Counted from the first letter of the stretch, positions 25,311 to 38,732 are shown. The stretch is DNA of 64,000 nt from an uncultured Gammaproteobacteria bacterium (GCA_963748215.1 CAVVHS010000009.1:224001-288000), one strand, 5' to 3'. Notes: generated by a model not told the origin, from the sequence alone. Numbers and translations are program-made.

Positions 25311-25619
25311 CTAGGGGGCTGTTGTTTCAGGCGGACGCACCCGGATACGGATACTACGCAAGCTTACGCCGCCAGGCAGCGTAAGCTTCTTAACCAGTTG
25401 ATGCGTATGGAATCGTAGCCGGACAGCCCAGGCCGGGGAATCCGCTGCAAGTACCAGAATATTGCCATTGACGGCAAGCAGACGGCAGTGGGCCTGCAGC
25501 GGGTCGGGGAGTAACTGTTGCAGCTGTGCCTCCAGGTTCATCAGCAGGCGTGCCTGCGCGACCAGCCTGGATTGAGCATGGGCGCCAATTATTTCGTTTA
25601 TTTTTAAAGGTTTATCCAT
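25311..25619 (-). CDS. dciA: DciA / DUF721 family helicase loader
   Basis: C-terminal 102 aa of the 435-aa ORF call: LVLAADSPAWAVRLRF...IRIRV. Usual position between lpxC and M23/secA on the opposite strand. Confidence 0.85.
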   Translation of the reverse strand: MDKPLKINEIIGAHAQSRLVAQARLLMNLEAQLQQLLPDPLQAHCRLLAVNGNILVLAADSPAWAVRLRFHTHQLVKKLTLPGGVSLRSIRIRVRPPETTAP

Positions 25620-25643
25620 GCAAGCCTGGTAACGGGGTCGGCC

Positions 25644-26549
25644 ATGAACATCATACTGTTTACAAACCGGCGCGGACAGGTCTGGAATTTCGAATTCCGT
25701 CCGGTACTCGTCCTTACACTCATGGTCACGGTACTGGTGTCGATGGTGGCGGGCGCCTTCTATACCGGCCTTCATACCGGAGAGGATGAAATCGAGTATG
25801 TGTCGGAATGGCGCGAGGTGGTGCGTTCCCAGCACACGGATATCAAGGAGCTGCGCAAGACGGCACAGGCCGATATGAATGCCCTGACACTGCGCATCGG
25901 CCAGCTTCAGGGGCAGATGCTGCGACTCAACGCGCTGGGCGAACGCCTGGTCAGGCAGGGTGACCTCGATATCGCCGAATTCGACTTCGAAACGGTACCG
26001 GCAGTGGGCGGCCCGGAAGGCGCGGCAGAAGGCAGCCCGGTCGGTTTCAGCGATATCCTGACCATGCTCGACGGCCTGGATGCCGAAATGGCTGATCGCG
26101 AGCAGAAGCTGTCGGTGCTCGAATCCCTGCTGATGAGCCGCAGTCTCAGCGAACGCGTTATGCCGGCTGGCCGGCCGATCGGTGAAGGCTGGCTGTCCTC
26201 GCGATTCGGCAAGCGCAATGACCCCTTCACGGGCAAGCAGGAATTCCACAAGGGCCTTGATTTCGCCGGTAAAAAAGGTTCCGGGGTCGTTGCTGTCGGG
26301 GACGGCGTGGTCAGCTGGTCCGGACGGCGTTCCGGCTACGGCAACCTGGTCGAGGTCACGCACGGCAACGGTTACGTGACCCGCTACGGGCACAACGAGC
26401 GCAACCTGGTAAAGCTGGGTGACACCGTCAAGAAAGGTCAGCAGATTGCGCTGATGGGGTCCACCGGACGCTCGACCGGCCCCCATGTCCACTTCGAAGT
26501 ACGGCACAACGGCAAGGCGGTCAATCCGGCAAAATATCTGGGCGAGTAA
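25644..26549 (+). CDS. M23 family metallopeptidase with N-terminal TM and coiled coil
   Basis: HKGLD, GYGN, TRYGH, GSTGRSTGPHVHFEV; upstream of secA. Confidence 0.95.
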   Translation: MNIILFTNRRGQVWNFEFRPVLVLTLMVTVLVSMVAGAFYTGLHTGEDEIEYVSEWREVVRSQHTDIKELRKTAQADMNALTLRIGQLQGQMLRLNALGERLVRQGDLDIAEFDFETVPAVGGPEGAAEGSPVGFSDILTMLDGLDAEMADREQKLSVLESLLMSRSLSERVMPAGRPIGEGWLSSRFGKRNDPFTGKQEFHKGLDFAGKKGSGVVAVGDGVVSWSGRRSGYGNLVEVTHGNGYVTRYGHNERNLVKLGDTVKKGQQIALMGSTGRSTGPHVHFEVRHNGKAVNPAKYLGE

Positions 26550-26686
26550 TCGCCCGGTCACGGTTGTACAAGCCGTGACCGTCTCTGCCGACGGCCCCGT
26601 CGGTTCTTCCCGCGCCACCTGCTATTTTGCAGATACATGCGGTATCATTCCCGGCTTCATCGGCGCTACCCGTTTCCCGGAAATTC

Positions 26687-29392
<2,706 letters not shown>

Positions 29393-29541
29393 GCCTGCGT
29401 ACGGTACCGGGACGCAGCCGGTACCGGATCGCGGTCATGCGTCCTCAGCGTATGCAGCAGATGGCAGGCATCGCCTGAGACATCCCTGAGTCAGAACCCC
29501 GCGTGCCCGTTACGGGCCGTTGTTATTCAAACCGTTACTAC

Positions 29542-30753
29542 ATGAAAAGCGAATCTTTGCCTGTCCTTCACCCGGTTGCCGGATTCCGGCTGGGTACCAC
29601 CAGCGCCGGCATCAGGAAGCCCGGCCGTCAGGACCTGGTGGTAATGGAGCTGGCCGAGGGTTCCGCCTGCGCCGCCGTGTTTACCCGCAACGAGTTCTGT
29701 GCTGCGCCGGTGATCGTGGCGCGCGAACATCTCGCCAGCACTGCACCGGCGTGCCTTATCGTCAATACCGGCAATGCCAATGCGGGTACCGGCGCCGCCG
29801 GGCTGGCCGACGCGCGCACATGCTGTGACGCCGCGGCGGGCCTGGCGCGGGTCAAGCCGGAGGCAGTGCTGCCGTTCTCGACCGGCGTGATCGGCGAACC
29901 ACTGGCAGTTGACCGGCTGGTCGCCGGCTTGCCGGGGGCCTTTGCACGGTTATCGGAAGATGGCTGGGCCGCGGCGGCGACCGGCATACTCACGACTGAC
30001 ACCGTGCCGAAGGGCGCCTCCCGGCGCCTCGAACTGGGCGGCCATACGGTGACGGTCACGGGGATTGCCAAGGGCTCGGGCATGATACGCCCGGATATGG
30101 CTACCATGCTTGCCTTTATCGCGACCGACGCGGCGGTCGATCCGGCTACCCTGCAGCGCTGCCTGTCGGCAGCGGTGGACAAGTCGTTCAACCGCATTAC
30201 CGTCGATGGCGACACCTCGACCAACGATGCCTGCGTACTGGTCGCAACCGGGAAGTCGCCCGCGCCGCCAATAGATGCCGACGACGCGAACCTTGCATGG
30301 TTCGGCGAGGCGGTCACCGCGGTTTGCGTCGAGCTGGCGCAGGCGATCGTGCGCGATGGCGAGGGAGCCACGCGATTCGTCACGGTGACGGTCGAACAGG
30401 GTGCCGACAGCCGCGAGTGTCTCCGGGTCGCCTACACCATTGCCCATTCCCCGCTCGTCAAGACGGCACTGTTCGCCGGCGACCCTAACTGGGGCCGGAT
30501 ACTGGCCGCGGTGGGGCGTGCCGGAATCGGCAATCTGGACATTGCCGCCGTGGAGATCTACCTGGACGATGTGTGTATCGTGCGGGATGGTGGACGTGCC
30601 GCAACTTATGCGGAGGCGGACGGCGAACGGGTGCTGTCGGGCAGCGAGTACGAAATTCGTGTCGTGCTGGGTCGGGGTGAAAGTCGCGAGCAGGTCTGGA
30701 CCTGCGACCTGTCATACGATTATGTGAAGATCAACGCGGAATACCGTACCTGA
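29542..30753 (+). CDS. argJ: Ornithine acetyltransferase / N-acetylglutamate synthase ArgJ
   Basis: GNANAGTG, KGSGMIRPDMATML, DTSTND, DGEGAT, DPNWGR, YVKINAEYRT. Confidence 0.98.
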   Translation: MKSESLPVLHPVAGFRLGTTSAGIRKPGRQDLVVMELAEGSACAAVFTRNEFCAAPVIVAREHLASTAPACLIVNTGNANAGTGAAGLADARTCCDAAAGLARVKPEAVLPFSTGVIGEPLAVDRLVAGLPGAFARLSEDGWAAAATGILTTDTVPKGASRRLELGGHTVTVTGIAKGSGMIRPDMATMLAFIATDAAVDPATLQRCLSAAVDKSFNRITVDGDTSTNDACVLVATGKSPAPPIDADDANLAWFGEAVTAVCVELAQAIVRDGEGATRFVTVTVEQGADSRECLRVAYTIAHSPLVKTALFAGDPNWGRILAAVGRAGIGNLDIAAVEIYLDDVCIVRDGGRAATYAEADGERVLSGSEYEIRVVLGRGESREQVWTCDLSYDYVKINAEYRT

Positions 30754-30762
30754 GTGACAAGA

Positions 30763-30963
30763 CTATTGCGAGTCGTTCTCGTCAGTTAACAGCGTCGCGT
30801 CCTCCGCCGGGATGCGATGGCTTTCATCAAGCCAGCTGCCCAGATCGATCAGCCGGCAGCGCTCTGAACAAAACGGTCGCCAGGGCTGTGCCGGGCCCCA
30901 TTCGACAAGCACGGCGCAGGTCGGGCAGTTTACGGTTCGGGGACGGGTGCGCTCGGTATTCAT
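30763..30963 (-). CDS. yacG: DNA gyrase inhibitor YacG
   Basis: CPTC...[16 protein letters not shown]. Confidence 0.96.
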   Translation of the reverse strand: MNTERTRPRTVNCPTCAVLVEWGPAQPWRPFCSERCRLIDLGSWLDESHRIPAEDATLLTDENDSQ

Positions 30964-30972
30964 GACAGCTAC

Positions 30973-31824
30973 CTAGATGACGCAGCAGGCGAGTTCGAAT
31001 TCGACGTCCTGGTCAGTCTGTCTGGAGCGATCTTCCGCCGCGGAAAACTCCAGGAACCGTGCAGTAAAGCGGTGACGCCCGCCACTGAGTTCCGCAAAGT
31101 ACGGCACGCCGGGCGGTAACGCGATCCGGACCAGCTGGCAGGGCAGGTTGGGATCCAGGGTGCGCTGATACAGGCCGTGATTAGCCACTGCCCGCTTCAG
31201 GGGCGTGCTGTCGCGGGTCATCGACAGGATCAGCTGGATGGATTGCCCGATGGCATCGAAATTCCCCAGCCAGCGTAGCAGGTCCTGGTTGCGGGACGCT
31301 GCCGGCTGTTGCAGCCAGTAGTGGAATGCCGGCAAGTCGAAGTCACAGGTGCCTCCCGGTATCGCATTGCGCTGACGTATGCTGGTCAGGAATTCGCTGT
31401 TCTTGAGTTCGCTGGCGATCTGGCCATTGATGCCATGCATGCTGTCGATACGTCTGTTGATCCTGTCGAGTAACAGTCCGAGCTGGTCTGTGTCGACGGC
31501 CGGATTCTGGCCCAGCCGCTTCAGGTTGGCTGAATGGCGCTCGAGTTCCTTGATGACTTCGGACTTGAGATTGGTGTTGCCGAAAATATCCACGATTTCG
31601 AGGATACAGTCGAGCGTGGCACGACTGTCCCACTCGGAAGCAAGCTCCAGGTGATGACTGGCCTGCCTGAACAGATATTCGAGCCGCATGAAGGTTCGGG
31701 TGCGTTCGTTGAGGGGCTGTTCGTAGACTATCCTGCCCGTAGCCGGTGCCGGGTCCGGCTGCCGGGGCGTACCGGCGCCGGCCTTGCTGCGGTTGGCATA
31801 CTGGGTGTTGGAGCTAGTGCTCAT
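30973..31824 (-). CDS. zapD: Cell division protein ZapD
   Basis: YEQPLNER.R.FMRLE, IPGGTCDFDLP; located between coaE and yacG. Confidence 0.96.
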   Translation of the reverse strand: MSTSSNTQYANRSKAGAGTPRQPDPAPATGRIVYEQPLNERTRTFMRLEYLFRQASHHLELASEWDSRATLDCILEIVDIFGNTNLKSEVIKELERHSANLKRLGQNPAVDTDQLGLLLDRINRRIDSMHGINGQIASELKNSEFLTSIRQRNAIPGGTCDFDLPAFHYWLQQPAASRNQDLLRWLGNFDAIGQSIQLILSMTRDSTPLKRAVANHGLYQRTLDPNLPCQLVRIALPPGVPYFAELSGGRHRFTARFLEFSAAEDRSRQTDQDVEFELACCVI

Positions 31825-32464
31825 TCGATATGTCCATGAAGTGCATATGTAATTTCCGTGTCCGCTCGATCAGGACATCCACGCCGGCATCATTGACAAT
31901 GATATCGTCCGCTGCAGACAGGCGTGTTTTCCGATCGATTTGTGCGGCCATTATCCCGGCTACTACATTGTGTGACAGCCCATCGCGTGCGGCAACCCGT
32001 TTGAGCTGTTCTTTTTCCGGTGCATCCACCACGAGTATCCGGTCGACCAGGTCGGACTGCCGCGTTTCCAGCAGTAGCGGAATAATGACTATACAGTAAG
32101 GGCTCGTGATTGTGGCCAGCCACTGGCGGACCCGTTGCCTGATCCGGGGATGTAGAATCGCCTCAAGCGCCAGTTTATCTGAAGAATCGGAAAAAATACG
32201 TGTGCGCAGGTAAGCGCGATCCAGCGTGCCGTCGTCAAGCAGGGCGCGGGGGCCGAAATGTGCAACGATTTCCTGCAGGGCGGGTTGGCCGGGGATGACG
32301 AGTTCACGGGCCAGCTGGTCGGTATCGAGGACGGGTACACCGAGTTTGCTGAATTCGCCGGCAACCGTGGATTTGCCGCTGCCGATGCCGCCGGTCAGGC
32401 CGATGACGAGCGTTTGCCTGCCGGCATCGCGGTGCGTTTGCGGGTGGGTGTCCGGGACAGTCAC
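31814..32464 (-). CDS. coaE: Dephospho-CoA kinase
   Basis: IGLTGGIGSGKST, LDR, HPRI, IPLLLE. Confidence 0.97.
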   Translation of the reverse strand: MTVPDTHPQTHRDAGRQTLVIGLTGGIGSGKSTVAGEFSKLGVPVLDTDQLARELVIPGQPALQEIVAHFGPRALLDDGTLDRAYLRTRIFSDSSDKLALEAILHPRIRQRVRQWLATITSPYCIVIIPLLLETRQSDLVDRILVVDAPEKEQLKRVAARDGLSHNVVAGIMAAQIDRKTRLSAADDIIVNDAGVDVLIERTRKLHMHFMDISNEH

Positions 32465-32471
32465 ATACAGA

Positions 32472-33335
32472 TCAGCGCAAATAAAGGCTGATGATGTCTT
32501 GTCCCCACAGAAGTGTCAACCAACCTGCAGCCGCAAGAAACGGTCCGAACGGCATCGGCTGGTTGTGGTCTCGCCCCTTGAGCAGGATGAGACCGATACC
32601 GATTGCCGCGCCAACGACGGACGAGAACAGGATGACAATCGGCAACTGCTGCCACCCCACCCAGGCACCGATTGCACCGAGCAGCTTGAAATCGCCGTAG
32701 CCCATGCCTTCCTTGCCGGTGAGCAGCTTAAACAGGTGATAGATCGACCACAGTGAAAGGTAGCCGGCCGCAGCGCCGATAATGCTCGTCGCACTGTCCA
32801 CGAACACACCGAACAGGCTCAGCAACAGGCCGGCCCACAGCAGGGGCAGGGTGATCGAGTCGGGCAGGATCTGGTGGTCGAAATCGATCATGAACAGCGG
32901 GATCAGTGCCCAGGTGAAGAGCAGTGCCGCCAGCGCCTCTCTGCCGAAGCCGTAATGCATGGCAACGACTGCAGACAGCAGTGCCGTAACCAGCTCGATG
33001 GACGGATAGCGTCGCGGGATTGTGGTACCGCAACCGGCGCAGCGCCCCCTGAGCAGCAGGTAACTTAGCAAGGGAATGTTTTCTACGGCCCGGATGGGGC
33101 GCTGGCAGTGCGGACAGCTGGAGGCAGGAATGACCAGGTTGTAGATCGGCTGACTGCCGTTATCGGGCTCCGGATTACCCTGCAGTTCACTGCATTCCCG
33201 CGACCAGGCCCGGTTGATCATGATCGGTAGCCGGTAAATGACCACGTTCAGGAAGCTGCCTACCAGCAGTCCAAGCACGCCACTGGTGATGCCGAAAAGA
33301 ACCAGCGAAGCCTCGAGCAGGCGCAGCAGTTCCAT
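32472..33335 (-). CDS. pilD: Prepilin peptidase / N-methyltransferase
   Basis: GSFLNVVIYRLP, two CxxC motifs, GMGYGDFKL, PFGPFL. Confidence 0.98.
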   Translation of the reverse strand: MELLRLLEASLVLFGITSGVLGLLVGSFLNVVIYRLPIMINRAWSRECSELQGNPEPDNGSQPIYNLVIPASSCPHCQRPIRAVENIPLLSYLLLRGRCAGCGTTIPRRYPSIELVTALLSAVVAMHYGFGREALAALLFTWALIPLFMIDFDHQILPDSITLPLLWAGLLLSLFGVFVDSATSIIGAAAGYLSLWSIYHLFKLLTGKEGMGYGDFKLLGAIGAWVGWQQLPIVILFSSVVGAAIGIGLILLKGRDHNQPMPFGPFLAAAGWLTLLWGQDIISLYLR

Positions 33336-33379
33336 GGGCTATGACAGCCGGTGCGGCAACGATTCAGGTTTCGCTGCGA

Positions 33380-34603
33380 TCAGATAGCCGCGCCCATCTT
33401 GAATATGGGCAGGTACATGGCGACGACGAGGCCACCGATGAGGACGCCCAGAATCGACATGATAAGTGGCTCGAGCAGGCTGCTCAGTGCGTCCACGGCA
33501 TCATCCACCTCTGCCTCGAAAAAGTCCGCCACCTTTGCCAGCATGCTGTCCAGTGCGCCGGATTCCTCGCCGATGGCGACCATCTGTTCGACCATGTTGG
33601 GAAACAGGCCGGTCTGACTCATGGCGAATTGCAACTGCTGACCGGTAGCCACGCTGTCGCGGATCATCAGGACCGCATCCGAATACACCACGTTGCCGGT
33701 GGCACCGGCAACCGATTCCAGTGCCTCGACCAGCGGAACGCCGGCAGCAAACATGGTAGAGAGGGTGCGCGCAAAGCGAGCCACGGCGGCCTTGTGCATG
33801 ATCGGGCCGATAATCGGCAATTTGAGTATCGCCCTGTCGAGCGCCCTGCTGAATTTGCGCGAACGTTTCTTCCCCTGCATGAACCCGATGCCGATGCCAA
33901 AAAATATTCCAGCCATCAGCCACCAGTAACTCTGCATGAATTCCGACAGGTTGACGACCACCCGGGTGAACGCGGGCAGGTCCGCGCCGAAACTGCTGAA
34001 CAGTTCCTCGAATTGCGGTACCACGAAGATAAGCAGGATCGCGGTAACGATCATCGCCACAATAATCACGGCAGTCGGGTAGAACAGGGCCTTCTTGATC
34101 TTGGCCTTCAGGGACTCGGTCTTTTCCTTGTAGGTGGCGATATTATCAAGCAGCGCTTCGAGTACGCCGGCCTGTTCGCCGGCGTTGACCAGACTCACCA
34201 CGAGTGCATCGAAGTGGTACGGGTGTTTGGACAGGGAATCCGACAGGCTGGTGCCGGATTCCACGTCGGACTTGATCTTGAGAATAAGCTCGCGCATGCC
34301 GGCATTGTCATGGCCGCGGCCGATGATATCGAACGACTGCACCAGTGGTACGCCCGCAGCCAGCATGGTGGACAGCTGGCGGAAAAAGACCGCGATATCT
34401 TTCGGTATGATCTTTTTCTTCTCGGTTTTCTGGAAGAGGGTGCTTTGCTTCTTGACCTTCAGCGGCTTGATACCCTGCTTGCGCAGGTCCGCCCGGATCA
34501 GTGACGGGTTGGATCCTCGGGTTTGTCCCTTGACCTTGACGCCGCGCTTGTCGGTGCCGGTCCAGATAAACAGTTCGGGTTGCTTGAGTGCTTTCTCCGC
34601 CAT
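33380..34603 (-). CDS. pilC: Type IV pilus platform protein PilC
   Basis: RQLSTMLAAGVPL, AGEQAG, IGEESG, AMYLPIF. Confidence 0.97.
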   Translation of the reverse strand: MAEKALKQPELFIWTGTDKRGVKVKGQTRGSNPSLIRADLRKQGIKPLKVKKQSTLFQKTEKKKIIPKDIAVFFRQLSTMLAAGVPLVQSFDIIGRGHDNAGMRELILKIKSDVESGTSLSDSLSKHPYHFDALVVSLVNAGEQAGVLEALLDNIATYKEKTESLKAKIKKALFYPTAVIIVAMIVTAILLIFVVPQFEELFSSFGADLPAFTRVVVNLSEFMQSYWWLMAGIFFGIGIGFMQGKKRSRKFSRALDRAILKLPIIGPIMHKAAVARFARTLSTMFAAGVPLVEALESVAGATGNVVYSDAVLMIRDSVATGQQLQFAMSQTGLFPNMVEQMVAIGEESGALDSMLAKVADFFEAEVDDAVDALSSLLEPLIMSILGVLIGGLVVAMYLPIFKMGAAI

Positions 34604-34606
34604 GGC

Positions 34607-36322
34607 TTATTCCTTCGTGACGCGGTCGATTTCTTCCAAACTGGTAATTCCTGCGGCCACCTTTCTCAGGCCGGACTCCCTGAGATCGGCGACGCCCTCG
34701 GCAGCCGCCTGCTTCTCGAGTTCCATTGAATTACCGCCTTCCATAATAATACGGCCCATTTCCTCGGATACCGGCATGACCTGGTAAATGCCCACCCGGC
34801 CCTTGTATCCGCCCGTACAGCTTTCACAGCCGACCGGGCTGTATATCTTCAGCCCCTTGATCTGGTCTTCCCTGAAGCCGGCCTTGAGCAGGGACTCTTC
34901 AGGTATATCACGTTCCTTCTTGCAGTTATTGCACAGGCGTCGCGCCAGTCGCTGGGCCATGATCAGGTGTATGGCCGAGGCAATGTTGTAGGGCGGCAGG
35001 CCCATGTTTGCCAGGCGCGTCAGGGTCTGCGGTGCATCGTTGGTGTGCAGGGTGGACAGCACCAGATGGCCGGTCTGCGCCGCCTTCACGGCAATTTCCG
35101 CCGTCTCGAGGTCTCGAATCTCACCTACCATGATGATGTCCGGATCCTGGCGCAGAAAGGCACGCAGGGCGATCGAGAAATCCAGGCCCGCCTTGGGATT
35201 GACATTGACCTGGTTGATGCCATGCACGTTGATTTCCACCGGGTCTTCGCAGGTGGAAATATTGCGGTCCGGTGTATTCAGCATGTTCAGGCCGGTATAC
35301 AGCGACACAGTCTTGCCGCTACCGGTCGGGCCGGTCACCAGTACCATGCCATAGGGCTTGTTGATGGCGGTGATGAACAGTTCTTTCTGGTCCGGTTCAA
35401 AGCCCAGCACGTCGACGCCGAGCTGGGCGGCGCTGCTGTCGAGAATACGCAGCACGACCTTTTCGCCATACAGGGTCGGCAGGGTGTTGACACGAAAATC
35501 GATGGAGCGGTTGCGCGACAGGTTCATCTTGATGCGTCCGTCCTGCGGAACACGACGCTCGGCAATATTCATCCGGCTCATGACCTTGAGACGCGCAATA
35601 ATGCGCATCGCCAGGGAGCGCGGCGGCGAGGTGATTTCATGCAGCACGCCGTCGTTGCGGAACCTGACGCGGAATTCCTTCTCGTAGGGTTCGAGATGAA
35701 TATCCGAGGCGCCGGAATTGATTGCGTCGAGCAGGACCTTGTTGACGAAGCGCACCACGGGCGTGTCGTCAATATCCATGTCCGAGGTGTCGCCATCCCG
35801 GATTTCATCGTCGCCGGAACCGATATCCAGGTTGTCGAGGTCGGCATCCATGAGCTCGGACATGGTGGTGTCCAGGGCTTCCAGGGCAACTTCGATGGCC
35901 TTGCGCAACTGGTTCTCGTCGACCAGCACGGCCTCGGTATTGATGCCGGTGTGAAACTTGAATTCATCGATGGCGCCGAGATTGGTCGGGTCGGAAACGG
36001 CAATGTAGAGCCGGTTGGCGTGCTTGAACAGGGGCAGGGCATTGTGCTGCTTGATGAGTTTCTCGCTGACCAGCCTGACCGGTGCCACCTCCATGTCCAT
36101 AGCCGCGATGTCGAACAGCGGGACGCCGAATTCCTGTGCGCCCGACCAGGCGATGTCCTGGCTCGACAGGATCTTGCTGTCGACAAGGTAGCTGACGAAA
36201 TGGGTGCGCTTCTTGAGCGCCATTTCGTGGGCCTTGGTGGCCTCGGTTTCCTCGATAAGACCGTCCATGACCAGCCGTCGCGCGAGTCCACTGAGATTGA
36301 CAGTCGGGTTAAGAGTGGCCAT
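34607..36322 (-). CDS. pilB: Type IV-A pilus assembly ATPase PilB
   Basis: ASDIHLEP, PQDGR, GPTGSGKT, LRQDPD, GEIRD, HTND, tetracysteine motif. Confidence 0.98.
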   Translation of the reverse strand: MATLNPTVNLSGLARRLVMDGLIEETEATKAHEMALKKRTHFVSYLVDSKILSSQDIAWSGAQEFGVPLFDIAAMDMEVAPVRLVSEKLIKQHNALPLFKHANRLYIAVSDPTNLGAIDEFKFHTGINTEAVLVDENQLRKAIEVALEALDTTMSELMDADLDNLDIGSGDDEIRDGDTSDMDIDDTPVVRFVNKVLLDAINSGASDIHLEPYEKEFRVRFRNDGVLHEITSPPRSLAMRIIARLKVMSRMNIAERRVPQDGRIKMNLSRNRSIDFRVNTLPTLYGEKVVLRILDSSAAQLGVDVLGFEPDQKELFITAINKPYGMVLVTGPTGSGKTVSLYTGLNMLNTPDRNISTCEDPVEINVHGINQVNVNPKAGLDFSIALRAFLRQDPDIIMVGEIRDLETAEIAVKAAQTGHLVLSTLHTNDAPQTLTRLANMGLPPYNIASAIHLIMAQRLARRLCNNCKKERDIPEESLLKAGFREDQIKGLKIYSPVGCESCTGGYKGRVGIYQVMPVSEEMGRIIMEGGNSMELEKQAAAEGVADLRESGLRKVAAGITSLEEIDRVTKE

Positions 36323-36630
36323 GAATTAGGATATGTAGTGGTATCGGGTGTTTTTCACTGTGACCAAGGTCCGGTTTTCAGTTGCCTGCAGCAGGTTCGC
36401 GGCGCTGGCCACTGCACAAGAATGTGTAATATTGCATTAATAAACAGCCTTTTGGGTGATGCTACCGCAAACCCGCCAGGCGCATCCAGCAACCGCGGGT
36501 GACTGGACTTGACAGCCCTGCCACCATTGTTTCGTCCTATTTGGATGATACTTTAACCTTTGCATTCGGTAGCTTAGCCTACTACCAGCCAAACTGCCAC
36601 GACCGGCGACAGGATGCCGCGTGGCGTCGT

Positions 36631-37725
36631 TCAGGCGGCGTTTTCGCCAGTATTTTGTCGCGTGTCCGTGTGACCGATGACGTCGAGGTAGCGCTGTGCA
36701 ATCAGTGACCAGGCATTGCTGTCAATGGTGTGCCTGCTGGCGCGTGCGCCGAACGACCGCATGCCGTTTCGGTCAGTCAGCAGCGCAGCGATCCGGTCGC
36801 GGTATGCCACGGAATCACCCGGGCTGACGAGATAGCCGTTCTCGCCGTCCGTGATCGCATCGCACAGGCCTTCCAGTGCCGAGGCGATGACCACGAGGCC
36901 GTGTGCGGCCGCTTCCAGTACCACCAGGCCGAACCCCTCGATATCACCGCTGACCGGGATATTGGGCTGGACGAAGATATCGGCGCAGTGCAGCAGCAGT
37001 TCCTTTTCCGCATCGCTTACCTGGCCGAGCATGATGACGCGGTCCGCCACACCCCGGTCTGCAATCGCGGCGCTGATGCGGGCATGCTCCGGGCCTGCGC
37101 CGGCGATAATGTAGGTGATGTCACTGTCCAGGTGCGGGACGACATTTTCCACAAACCAGGCTACGCCTTTCCTGCGGACCAGGCGTCCCAGCGTTAGCAG
37201 TACCGTGCCGCGTGGTGGTCTGCCGATCATTGCCGCGAGATCGGCCCGGGTGTAGTCGCGCGGTGGCGGGGCCGGCGCGGCGACGCCGTTTGGTATGAAG
37301 ATAAAGCGTGCCGCCGGAATGCCACGTGCCACGCCTTCCGACAGGGTCGCGTTGCCGACGGCAATCAACCGGTCCATGCGCGGCAGAAACAGCCGTACCC
37401 AGAGCCACTGGTACAGGCGGCTGGCGTAGGTCAGATCGAGACCGTGGGTGATGCAGACCACCGGCTTGCGGGTGAACAGCTTGAGCACGAAGCCGGTGAT
37501 TCCCAGGACACCGTCGCCAAGCAGTACCGCGTCCTGCCGGGGCAGTAGCAGCAATGCCTTCAGCGTCGCCCAGGGCAGAAACAGCGGTAACAGGTATTTG
37601 CCCTTGCGGTTCACGATGAGCCGAACATTGCAGATCTCGCCCAGTGCCCGGGCGATTTCGGCGTTCTGTTTCTCGATGCCCCCGACCACGGGGGGAAAGG
37701 ACCTTGAAATGAAGAGCAGGTTCAT
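36631..37725 (-). CDS. GT4 family glycosyltransferase
   Basis: FPPVVGGIE, IPNGV, GRLVRRKG, EGFGLVVLEA. Confidence 0.92.
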   Translation of the reverse strand: MNLLFISRSFPPVVGGIEKQNAEIARALGEICNVRLIVNRKGKYLLPLFLPWATLKALLLLPRQDAVLLGDGVLGITGFVLKLFTRKPVVCITHGLDLTYASRLYQWLWVRLFLPRMDRLIAVGNATLSEGVARGIPAARFIFIPNGVAAPAPPPRDYTRADLAAMIGRPPRGTVLLTLGRLVRRKGVAWFVENVVPHLDSDITYIIAGAGPEHARISAAIADRGVADRVIMLGQVSDAEKELLLHCADIFVQPNIPVSGDIEGFGLVVLEAAAHGLVVIASALEGLCDAITDGENGYLVSPGDSVAYRDRIAALLTDRNGMRSFGARASRHTIDSNAWSLIAQRYLDVIGHTDTRQNTGENAA

Positions 37726-37756
37726 TGCATGCGGGGTCTGGCGCCGTGCCGGCAAC

Positions 37757-38506
37757 CTACTGTTTCTGCAGCAGCCAGATGTAGCCGGGAAAGGCCCAGT
37801 AGGCAAGCCTGATCAATGTGCCTGCAATCCTTGCCTTGCTGCTGCCGGGCCTGAGCATGTAATCGGTGTGGAACCGTTCCGCTTCGTCGACCAGCCGTTG
37901 CGTGTAATCGGTGACGGCAAACCTGCGTACCAGGGACTTCAGTCCCCAGTAGCTCAGGTGCTTCTCGTGATAGAAGCGCGCCTTACCCGCAAGCCGAATG
38001 TAGATATGCGCCAGCGGCCTGGGCAGGACTGACAGCAGGGGCAGGTTGTAGTGCGGTTCGTTCCACATCAGCCGGTTGCCGGCGGAAAAATAGCAAACCC
38101 CGTCTTTGCGCAGCACGCGGAATATTTCGTCGAACATGCGTTCCGGGTCCGGGACGTGCTCGTAGACATGCGAGCAGATGACAACATCGAAGGATTCATC
38201 CTCGAACGGCAGATCGAGTGCGTCTGCAACCCGGAACTGCAGGTTGTCGCGCCTGAAATTACCCTGCGCGTGCTCGATGGCGGGTTTGTCGATATCGATG
38301 CCGGTAACGCTTTTGAAATGGCGGGCAAGGTAATTGTCGATAATGCCGGCAGAGCCACCGACGTTCAGCAGGTCGTAGCCGTCGAGCGGCCCGGGGAGAA
38401 AATCCTCCAGTACCGCGGCCATGGTACGGGCCTTTCTTTCCCGGTTTTCCACGTCATAGACATAGGGGCTGCTTGCCGAGAAATCATATTGATAATCCCT
38501 ACTCAC
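37757..38506 (-). CDS. Class I SAM-dependent methyltransferase
   Basis: Atypical motif I LLNVGGSAG, GIDID, DALDLPF..SFDVV, HVYEHV. Confidence 0.88.
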   Translation of the reverse strand: MSRDYQYDFSASSPYVYDVENRERKARTMAAVLEDFLPGPLDGYDLLNVGGSAGIIDNYLARHFKSVTGIDIDKPAIEHAQGNFRRDNLQFRVADALDLPFEDESFDVVICSHVYEHVPDPERMFDEIFRVLRKDGVCYFSAGNRLMWNEPHYNLPLLSVLPRPLAHIYIRLAGKARFYHEKHLSYWGLKSLVRRFAVTDYTQRLVDEAERFHTDYMLRPGSSKARIAGTLIRLAYWAFPGYIWLLQKQ

Positions 38507-38732
38507 GGCGACTGACTCCTGACGTATTGATGCACCCGGGAGAGGTGCCGGCCGCTATCCGTGGCGCCCGGCGGGTACCGGCTGGACAATAGCGCATATT
38601 ATGATGTGACAGGGTTTTGGGCAAACGCTGTAGCCCGGAGCTGTCGGATTGCATTATCATTCCCCCGTATTCCGTGGCGAGTTGTCAGAAATCGCGCATT
38701 CACCCGCCAATCCAACCGAGTCTGCTATTCCA

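Noticed and set aside
25311-26618. 435-aa ORF
   Set aside because: The N-terminal 333 aa are antisense to the M23 peptidase; only the DciA part is credible.
29440-29541. TPP riboswitch-like words (CTGAGA...CCC...GAACC) before argJ
   Set aside because: It lacks the CCTGAT...AAT...GCGNAGG core, and the downstream gene does not fit.
30740-30780. Absence of mutT after argJ
   Set aside because: Simple synteny variation; no remnant or scar is visible in the 9-bp gap.
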